A stretch of DNA of 64,000 nucleotides from a virus. The stretch spans positions 17,677-81,676 of IMG/VR virus record IMGVR_UViG_3300010149_000001, one strand, 5' to 3'. The notes beneath the pieces are model-generated. The model had not been told where the DNA came from. It did not search any database and worked only from the letters and a program-made list of their open reading frames with translations. The position numbers were made by a program, and so were the translations under genes. Numbering within the stretch: position 1 is the stretch's first letter; each line of letters opens with the position of its first letter. Shown here in pieces: positions 57,001 through 64,000 of this stretch.

Positions 57001-60000
57001 CTCAATCCAGACCTTGATGTGGCATCGTGTCCCGCTGGCTACTACTATTCGGGCGGCAAGTGCATACCGTTGGTTGGCTCTGGAGATTCACCCAGCGGCA
57101 CAACACCAGACCCTCAATCTGGAGACAATGTTCCATCCACCAATCAAGAGCAACCAGCACCCGTCAATGGGACAGGTGGCTCAACACCAAACAAACAGGA
57201 TAACTTCTCACTCCATCCAACATGGTCAAAGATGAAAGCGAACACACAGGCTCGCTCGTTGATTATGATGTTCTCTGATGTCAAGTCTGACGACGCAACA
57301 GGACTTGCGGCGAGAGGAAAAGCACTATTCGATATTGAGTGGGATAGAGTCGCCATAGGCACACGAGAGACACAGACTCTCGCCACTCAGAATTGGAGAT
57401 ACGGAGATACATGGTGGAGTGGCTCACGCATCTCATATTGGTATCAAGAATCTGGTCAGAGAGCCATCCCAATCACCTATGGTTCATATCCAGATTGCCG
57501 AATGTCCTATGCAAACTTGCCTCGCTCTTTGCCGTTTTTAGTCAATGAGTTTCCAGATTCCTCTGGGGATTTGTCATCAAAAGCCAGAATCGCTTCTGGA
57601 TTCCCAATGCTTCAACCAGCATTTATCGCACTCAATATGCAAGCACCATTCCCTTCCGTGTTTGAAAACAACAATCGTCAAGCCAAGTCTGAAAGAACTT
57701 GGACTCTCCAGCGTGAAAAACATCTGAAACTGACACGCTTTGTTCCAACAACAATCGGCTTCGCTGACTTTGGTGCTGGTGCAAATCCACATCAAGAATA
57801 TGGCTGGTCTGGCTGGTCATTCCCTCGTGGTCTGTATGACCCGATGGGCTATGGAGACAACACATCATTCTTCTCAGACTCTCCAGAAGCAGACCTTGTT
57901 CCATTTGGAACAGTCGTCGCACCGACTGAACAAGCGATATTCAGAGGCATGGGTCAGTCTGGAACAGACGATGACGACCCAGCGGCGGCGGCGAGCAATC
58001 CACTCAGTCCAGACTTTGGATATTCTCTGGACTTGTCAGCGGTCTCATTCCCTGTTGTTCTTGAGTCAGTTTTCATATACAAAACAGGAACATCACAAGA
58101 AAAAATGATTGTTCCAACGACTTGCGGCTCAATCCCAGAGATTGTTTCTGTCATGCTAACTCCAGCGTTATGTGGCTATGTGGGAATTGATACTGAGTAT
58201 GTCAACACAGGTCTCCCACCTCTTTCAGTTTCAACGCTATACACAGGGATTGAAAGAACATTCGACCTTTCAAATCTGCCACCGAATGAGCAGTTTGGAA
58301 TCATGAACTTTGAGTTCATTCAATTGGATGGAGTCAAGTATTATTTCAAGCGCAACGGTTCGTCTGGCGCACGATTGTTGAGAGGCGGCGTTGGCGGCTG
58401 GTCTCATCACGGTGCGTTGCACTATGGAATCTCAACCAAACTGCATCCATATCGTGTGGACAGAGTGATGAAGCAGGTTCACGGTGGAGTCGGATATGAC
58501 TTGCCTCTGCACCTTCTGAAACCACCAAAGGCGCATGTCAGAGCCAGAGCAGGGGCGACGAACTCCATTGAACTTGAACTTGAAACTCCGTTCCACAGGA
58601 CTGACAACATTCACCTTATGGGGGCAACGAACTTCAACGAAGGTTTCAATCTGGGCGGCGAGAGTCCACCGAATGCGCCAAGACCTGTGATGGGTCAGTA
58701 TTATCTCAGAACCAACCTGTGGGACAAGCCTCTGTATGGCGAGGGTGGAACACACGCACCTCTTGTTGCACCTCTGGCTGAACTCAATTCACGAGTTCAC
58801 GGGCCCATAATCTCTGGCTCACAGGCTCTGGAGGCATTCTGGTCAGACCATCCAACCGACCACTTTCACGCATCAGCGATGCCGATTCTGCCCAATTCAG
58901 ATTATGATTTGGAGATGATTGAACATCTGAATTATTCACCGATGATGTTGGCTCTCGACACCAACGACCTTGATGTTCTGGCACTTGGAGAGCAATTGGA
59001 ATCCTCCGTTGATGTGCATGTCAGCAAGACAGCCAAGCCATATTGGGACTCTGGTGCGATTGTATCAGCACAGGGAGAAGGCTATCGTGGGAACAAAGCA
59101 AATCACATGATTGAGACATCAGCGATGATGAATGGATTGGACATCAACAATGGAGGCTCAAACGCTTCTCAGTATGCGTTTGGCTCACAGGAGATGAGCA
59201 TGGGAATGGGTCAGAGAAGTCTGCGAACTCCAGATGGAACTCTGCATCAATTCCACATCAGACGGTCTGCTCAAGCAGGTTCAAACAATCTGCCTCAATG
59301 GACTCACTACAAGAAGCCACTCTATGGAGATGTTTTCTGGAACAGCAAGGCGATGAAGCCAGACCCAGCATCTGCAATTCACGCAGGTCATGATGAAATT
59401 GCACCCTTATTGAACTCGATAGGGGCAAACGGAGATGGAACAGCAGAATCTCTCGGCAAAGTCATGGGTGCGGCTTTCTGTTCAGATTCAAATGGAACAA
59501 TTCATGCTGTGGTTGAGATTCACGCCAGCAGTTCTGCTGGACATAAAGCACATCGGCTGTATTATCACCGATGCGAGCGCAAGACAATCACATACAACCC
59601 AGAGCCTGTGTATGATTGGGATTGGACTGTCAATGCGCCTGTTCTGATTCAGAATGTTGCTGTTGAAACTCATCTGGCTGGGACAATGTTTGACTTGAGA
59701 CAACCATCAATCGCATGTGATTCATCAGACAGAATCCATCTGGCGTGTGTCCAGATAAACCAAGACATGACAGTTCCAAGAACCAGAATCCTATACACAT
59801 GCAAACTCGCTGGTGAGTCGTCATTCCCAGAGTTCTTGCCAACCAACACAGGACAAGAAGGATTGCCAGAGGACAGGCGTTGGCAATTGGTTCAGAATGC
59901 CATCGTGGATGCCAGCCAAACCTCACTCAATTCTGAGACCTCATCATTCCACTACACCACCTTCAATCAAGAGCCAAAGGTCGTGCTGAGGGGAGACAAT

Positions 60001-61125
60001 GTGCCTGTGATTTTCTATCGTGGCAAGCCTCTGCAATCATTCGCCACAGCCGACAGAGTGCATGATGCAATATACTGCAACATCGGCAAATCGCCATCGA
60101 GTGCCAATGACCCATCTGGTGCATTCGTGTTTGACCCAACCACGCCTTGTCATGTTGTTGGACTCAGACCAGACAGCAAGAATCCAATCGAGGACTTCAA
60201 TGTTCAATACTATGACGCTATCATTGACGAGAGAGATATTGCTTATGTCGTGTCAACCAAGAATGACTATGACCACTCTGATGCTCACGCACCCAGACAG
60301 ACGCTGATGACCTTCTTTGACACCAACAAGACATTCGCTCAACAATACACCACGACAGACGGTCTGGGAACTCATCTGACCATCTGGCAGGGCAAGGAAT
60401 ACACAACCGCTGGAGATGCTAAGGTTGACAACAATTATCGTGATTTGACATTGACAACAAACGGCAAAGGCGAGATTCATTTGATAATGACATTCTGCAT
60501 GATTGGAGACAACCCAGACAGATTCGGGGAGACATTCAGAGATGCGGCGAGACCACAGGTGAGGCAATCTGCGCTCGCACCACTTCAATGGGCGGCGACT
60601 CCAGCACCAAGCAGAAATGTTTCACCACAGGAACAGTATGTTGGAGGATTCATCAAGCCATTGGTATCACCAAATTGGACAGGACAGGTTGTCCCACCAA
60701 TGCCTCCATACAAAGCAAGCAATCCAAACCGCAGAGAGCATAATCACATCATGCACATCTGGATTCCAAGCGTTGAGTTTGATGAAAACAATCATGTTCT
60801 TCGCTCGATGAATATCCGCTGGCTGTCAGTTCCATCTATTCGATTCGATACGGCATCTCAGTCTTGGACTCCTGTTGGTTCTGCTCAGACAATGGCTGGT
60901 GAAGAGGACTTCCCACATCACAGTCCTCAGATTCGGTATCAGCGATTCTGGGGATTCGATGCAAGTGAACTTGACTTGCGCTGGCACACCAACGAACTGT
61001 CTTGGTATCGCACCAACACACGAGGTTCTGATGTCTATTATCCATCTGCTGGTGGAGTTCAGATGCAATTAGGCACAGGACAAGAATCGGGGCAGGGAGT
61101 GGCTGGATTCCCTAATGGACTTTAG
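54010..61125 (+). CDS. Giant (~2370 aa) tail fibre/receptor-binding protein
   Basis: Late-type ATAAACCCCCC box upstream; G/T/P/N-rich; C-terminal propeller-like DS.G.IH repeats. Confidence 0.7.
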   Translation: MTAPAITPATGVPKSAADAVPPIGSRGLPFTWALADWPSDTAPVALQFALNEIPIQKTTDRLALFDETIWAEKQMNPIGVSGTSIQFEPIAPTASYIESTYAINQLANVNPRTFPPRVAGAGINQSPPSLNHGRGSLVFSSTINGVSKSIYDPAKVRGSAQYQGLSFSNCGRFVDHPEENYASARPANHSWVKAQEGFQPHLPASSLDFGTGTVLKGNNIETDHAIGGVGDGQPNCLDTQYVGFQTITSTVVKSVSAIPSNGLGSIYGDSHNSVHYTNLICSNLANDLGYPVEMANGGIHPVQSYEYTRQTHWCINLGTAQTALRDGVEASSPDGLTKASGWVAPAGFGVGAYDTNSASAEMSQANPAAGLSSKTETIQQIVLNDTFSDGASGQVPTPSSTLGDITLGASVVHDTAGLIGFEGTITASAFYAPTKDTDPTGVQGAIAHASGKGYAGLNVQVHSGFGIRRNKGGMGRLGNPYRYGSDGTPVRVMTDAMKTHAMRGDGTEGTADANCNQTWFRTGTVGVNNSAVPSSDPDGIPAIGDPQPKPAPDSVFQHFMIGETPENVGGTDGRKIIGANMPASGMCNEIHNSYSTGKWIANGVPTKVQIIPVITGYEDIPVSVGAAKLGLFPSAQIQMFRKPLVDYHILVSITDSPETRANTDPTNPFDGDPTQRNVPDPQRLSANADYSKQGCVIYHGIFRIDPQTLEQIFIDMNEQSGMVFNMDADGGAVCPSSVIPRHDYGKVGTVQQGWGLHQATPFRPIALTDKLGKVPRLGGAIEGGGFYQRGGISHLWDGCEYGGEIFVGADCIKPHELQTSAANGTNEFGQPTFGIFGNGQIWADGTGAPKRPTGMELFVWRYSPQDDPLYPSVSDGYMAMNSLTDGANKHGIPYTPAMDNITPQPASWHKPRTGNLEGAVWAIHDWVMPQVELMRYLGREEKTEAEHYEVSGSHTYHPSLHCSSLRAMDDGRFMMAAVHVDYIKTEADYPTNEISYPLNPDLDVASCPAGYYYSGGKCIPLVGSGDSPSGTTPDPQSGDNVPSTNQEQPAPVNGTGGSTPNKQDNFSLHPTWSKMKANTQARSLIMMFSDVKSDDATGLAARGKALFDIEWDRVAIGTRETQTLATQNWRYGDTWWSGSRISYWYQESGQRAIPITYGSYPDCRMSYANLPRSLPFLVNEFPDSSGDLSSKARIASGFPMLQPAFIALNMQAPFPSVFENNNRQAKSERTWTLQREKHLKLTRFVPTTIGFADFGAGANPHQEYGWSGWSFPRGLYDPMGYGDNTSFFSDSPEADLVPFGTVVAPTEQAIFRGMGQSGTDDDDPAAAASNPLSPDFGYSLDLSAVSFPVVLESVFIYKTGTSQEKMIVPTTCGSIPEIVSVMLTPALCGYVGIDTEYVNTGLPPLSVSTLYTGIERTFDLSNLPPNEQFGIMNFEFIQLDGVKYYFKRNGSSGARLLRGGVGGWSHHGALHYGISTKLHPYRVDRVMKQVHGGVGYDLPLHLLKPPKAHVRARAGATNSIELELETPFHRTDNIHLMGATNFNEGFNLGGESPPNAPRPVMGQYYLRTNLWDKPLYGEGGTHAPLVAPLAELNSRVHGPIISGSQALEAFWSDHPTDHFHASAMPILPNSDYDLEMIEHLNYSPMMLALDTNDLDVLALGEQLESSVDVHVSKTAKPYWDSGAIVSAQGEGYRGNKANHMIETSAMMNGLDINNGGSNASQYAFGSQEMSMGMGQRSLRTPDGTLHQFHIRRSAQAGSNNLPQWTHYKKPLYGDVFWNSKAMKPDPASAIHAGHDEIAPLLNSIGANGDGTAESLGKVMGAAFCSDSNGTIHAVVEIHASSSAGHKAHRLYYHRCERKTITYNPEPVYDWDWTVNAPVLIQNVAVETHLAGTMFDLRQPSIACDSSDRIHLACVQINQDMTVPRTRILYTCKLAGESSFPEFLPTNTGQEGLPEDRRWQLVQNAIVDASQTSLNSETSSFHYTTFNQEPKVVLRGDNVPVIFYRGKPLQSFATADRVHDAIYCNIGKSPSSANDPSGAFVFDPTTPCHVVGLRPDSKNPIEDFNVQYYDAIIDERDIAYVVSTKNDYDHSDAHAPRQTLMTFFDTNKTFAQQYTTTDGLGTHLTIWQGKEYTTAGDAKVDNNYRDLTLTTNGKGEIHLIMTFCMIGDNPDRFGETFRDAARPQVRQSALAPLQWAATPAPSRNVSPQEQYVGGFIKPLVSPNWTGQVVPPMPPYKASNPNRREHNHIMHIWIPSVEFDENNHVLRSMNIRWLSVPSIRFDTASQSWTPVGSAQTMAGEEDFPHHSPQIRYQRFWGFDASELDLRWHTNELSWYRTNTRGSDVYYPSAGGVQMQLGTGQESGQGVAGFPNGL

Positions 61126-61287
61126 AGCGTTTTTTGTTTGATTTGCGTGATTTTCAAGTCAGACAGGGCTGTCTTGAAAATAGACAAATCTGTATTGAAC
61201 TCAATATGCAAGCGATACTGCGAGACTTAGGAACAAAACCATTGAGATTCCGATACTTTCTTATAGTTCGACCTTTTGGCTTGACAC

Positions 61288-61683
61288 ATGACCTATACCG
61301 TCAAGATGATTAACAACCAGCCAGATTATGAGACCGAATACCCACACACCATTGAAGGTGGCATAATGCACTATCGTGGGTTCAGCACATTCCCAGACCA
61401 CTCGACGGCATGGGGCGGTGAGATTGATGGCATAACCACATTCGTGTGCCGCACCGTTGAACTAAATGCCGCTAAAGCAGAGTCAAAGAATTGGTCGGTC
61501 ATGGGATGCCAACACCCAATGCAAGGCGATGAGAAGGGCTACAAGCAACGCCCATACTTCTTTGTTCCACAGACTGACCAATTCATCGCTCAAGCAGAAC
61601 AGAACCTCGCTGATTCAGACCTTTCTGATGATGAAAAAGATGAGGTTCGTGCGCTCTGGGAATCATACGGATGGTATGCTTGA
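61288..61683 (+). CDS. Hypothetical protein (early-type cassette)
   Basis: TTAGGAACAAAACCATTGAGAT...CTTATA upstream. Confidence 0.72.
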   Translation: MTYTVKMINNQPDYETEYPHTIEGGIMHYRGFSTFPDHSTAWGGEIDGITTFVCRTVELNAAKAESKNWSVMGCQHPMQGDEKGYKQRPYFFVPQTDQFIAQAEQNLADSDLSDDEKDEVRALWESYGWYA

Positions 61684-61746
61684 ATTGAGATTCTGATTTG
61701 AGAGTCCAGAAGTATTGATGCTGGGTCTGGAATCAGTTCCCATCAT

Positions 61747-61856
61747 TAGCCCCCTAAAGGGGGCTACTCCAATTAACCAATCCAATGGGGGAGTTAAGAC
61801 ACATATACATTGAACAAAGTGTGTATGTATGGAGATAGGGGTTTGTTTGATTCATT
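61747..61856. repeat. Palindromic element copy 2
   Basis: TAGCCCCC-TAAA-GGGGGCTA and GATAGGGGTTTGTTTGATTCATT. Confidence 0.6.
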
Positions 61857-61880
61857 AAGGTGGGAGTGTCTGCTGAGGGT

Positions 61881-63620
61881 ATGTCAGTCGTGAGAATAGA
61901 CATTCCTTCACGAGCCGAACTCCCAGACATGTGGGATGAGATTCGCCCAGATTTTCCAATGCCATCACCTCGCAAGTATCAAGACGATGCTCTCTCTGTG
62001 ATTTATTGGGCGTTGGCAAACGATAACTTTGACAACATCGTTGTTGAAGCACCGACAGGAATAGGCAAATCCGCCATCGCTATGACTGTCCAGAACAGAT
62101 TCCAATCCGCATACCTTCTGAGTCCGACGCTTGGCCTCACAGAGCAATACAGGCGTGATTATGGGCATGTCGTGAAAGAAGTCAAGGGCAGGTCAAACTT
62201 TCCATGCTGGGTTGAAACCAAGACCGCTGACAAAGCACCTTGCTATGTTGGCAAGAACAGATGCCCTCACACCCAAGAGATTGACCCTTGCCCATACTAT
62301 GACCAGAAGTTCCAAGCGAGGGATGCCAGAATCACTCTGACGAATCCAGCATATCTGTTCAGAGTCGTGAAGTCTCCAGACGGTTCATTTGGTCAGCGTG
62401 ATTTTGCTATCATAGACGAGGCTCACGGCCTTGAATCATTCTTCATGGGGCTACTTGAGGTCAAAGTCAATCAAGCCGATTTTAACGCTGTATTCGGGGC
62501 AAAGACGGCATTCCCCATGCACTATCACCCAGCCGATTGGAAACCAGACATTCAGCGTCTGTATGACGGGGCAAAGAAAACGATGGAACACGCAGAAGAG
62601 GATGAGAACAAAGACCTGTCTGACAAAATGCGAGCCATAGTCAGCAAGTGTGCGACATTCTTGGAACTGCTTGAGGACTCAAACAACCTCGTCATCGAAT
62701 CCAATTCTGACAGGCAGGGCAGATTCATTCTGGCAAAACCCGTCAGAGTCAATCACCTCGCACCAGATTTATTGGACTCAATATCTCGCCAGAGGATTTT
62801 TCTGAGCGCAACAATTCTCGACATCGAAACATTCCTGTCTGGTCTTGGACTGTCCGACCAGAAAACTCTGTATGTCAGAATCGTGAACTCGCCATTCCCA
62901 AAGGAGAACTTCAATGTGTATTATTCGCCATGCGGGTCAATGGCATACTCAAAACGAGAGAAGTCCATCCCCAAGCAGGTCAAGGCCATCGCAGGGATAA
63001 TGAGTCGCTTCAAGGACAAGAGAGGGGTCATTCTGCCACATACTCATGCAATACGCAAGGCTCTGGTTGAGGGACTCACGGAGGCTGGGTTTGGAGACAG
63101 GATAATCAGCCACGACTCCAACGGTCTGGCTCGTCAGAAGGCACTCGACACATTCTTTGAATCCAAGCGAGATGACTTGGTTCTCATCTCAACCTATGTC
63201 GGTGAAGGATTTGACTTCAAGGGCAAATTGGCTGAGTGGCTGGTTCTCTGCAAAGTGCCTTATGGATTCATTCAAGACCCACAGGTCAAGACCAGAATGG
63301 AACAGGATGAACACGAGTGGAGGCGTGAACACGAAGGCTCTCCATCGTGTCCGTATGAACCTCCCAACAAATACTCCAACGGCCTGTGTAGTTCATTCTC
63401 ATGCCATAAGCCATGTCAAGGCTGGTTCAATCTCCAGACGACTTTGAAGATGGTTCAAGGGGCTGGCAGAATCAACAGAACTCCAGACGATGTTGGACAT
63501 TTGTTCATCCTCGACCAATCGTGGGACAGATACTATCGGCTCAACGGCCACCTTCTGCCGTCATGGTTTAGAGATGGAATCAAACCGCCACCAGCGTGGC
63601 TTAAACGGCATCTGGTGTGA
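61881..63620 (+). CDS. DinG/XPD/YoaA-like SF2 helicase with Fe-S cluster
   Basis: Q motif PRKYQ, EAPTGIGKS, KGRSNFPC...CPYY, DEAH, SAT, EGFDF, QGAGR. Confidence 0.92.
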   Translation: MSVVRIDIPSRAELPDMWDEIRPDFPMPSPRKYQDDALSVIYWALANDNFDNIVVEAPTGIGKSAIAMTVQNRFQSAYLLSPTLGLTEQYRRDYGHVVKEVKGRSNFPCWVETKTADKAPCYVGKNRCPHTQEIDPCPYYDQKFQARDARITLTNPAYLFRVVKSPDGSFGQRDFAIIDEAHGLESFFMGLLEVKVNQADFNAVFGAKTAFPMHYHPADWKPDIQRLYDGAKKTMEHAEEDENKDLSDKMRAIVSKCATFLELLEDSNNLVIESNSDRQGRFILAKPVRVNHLAPDLLDSISRQRIFLSATILDIETFLSGLGLSDQKTLYVRIVNSPFPKENFNVYYSPCGSMAYSKREKSIPKQVKAIAGIMSRFKDKRGVILPHTHAIRKALVEGLTEAGFGDRIISHDSNGLARQKALDTFFESKRDDLVLISTYVGEGFDFKGKLAEWLVLCKVPYGFIQDPQVKTRMEQDEHEWRREHEGSPSCPYEPPNKYSNGLCSSFSCHKPCQGWFNLQTTLKMVQGAGRINRTPDDVGHLFILDQSWDRYYRLNGHLLPSWFRDGIKPPPAWLKRHLV

Positions 63621-63694
63621 ACAAGTCTGAAAGGTTTGGTGTGCTAAGTGGAGAACAGAACAATTGATATAGATGAACTTCTTGGGGTATCAAC

Positions 63695-64000
63695 ATGAGC
63701 ATCAGAGGTATCAGCCCACACCGCCAGATTGACATGAAGAATGTCGAGATTGAATACACCGCAGATGGTGAACCGTATTATCAAACATTGAACCATTGGA
63801 ACAATGAAGAATGGTTCGGTCTTGTTTGCATTGTATCTGGGAATGGAAAATACCGATTCAACCAGATTGGTTCAACGGGATTTGCACATTGGCAACACCG
63901 CTTCAATTCCAAAGACGACGCTATCGCATTCCTTTGTCGTTGTCCTCATCAATTGATTCAAGTGAAAGAAGGCGACGGACAATATGAAGTTCGCACCACA
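63695..64000 (+). CDS. Hypothetical protein, partial (early-type cassette)
   Basis: GAACAATTGATATA box upstream; frame open to the window end. Confidence 0.65.
   Translation, partial: MSIRGISPHRQIDMKNVEIEYTADGEPYYQTLNHWNNEEWFGLVCIVSGNGKYRFNQIGSTGFAHWQHRFNSKDDAIAFLCRCPHQLIQVKEGDGQYEVRTT

Overview
The window is a 64-kb segment of a tailed dsDNA virus (Caudoviricetes, HK97-fold capsid, probably a non-contractile tail) that most likely infects an archaeon. It has a family B DNA polymerase, an RFC-large-subunit-like ATPase, a DinG/XPD-like helicase, TATA-like boxes about 28-30 nt upstream of apparently leaderless ATGs, and GGTGA-type Shine-Dalgarno sites. The gene content resembles magroviruses of Marine Group II/Poseidoniales, but this host is inferred, not shown. 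The window holds a replication/accessory block (PolB, MoxR AAA+ plus vWA, RFC-like ATPase, DNA methyltransferase), packaging and head genes (putative TerS, TerL, a fused portal, protease/scaffold, MCP) and a tail module (tube, frameshifting chaperone, tape measure, giant Dit-like, hub and fibre proteins). The most notable signal is non-coding. A conserved ~40-bp promoter element (TTAGGAACAWAASCATTGAKAT-N-CATTGATAT) recurs about 16 times and drives small moron-like genes inserted between structural genes. Several TATA-like boxes point instead at ORF-free, strongly base-paired sequence: a ~755-nt RNA with many pseudoknot-type pairings (53213-53967) and at least four 100-190-nt RNAs, two of which share an identical 14-nt 3' tail. 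All structures were read by eye and need covariation and transcript evidence.
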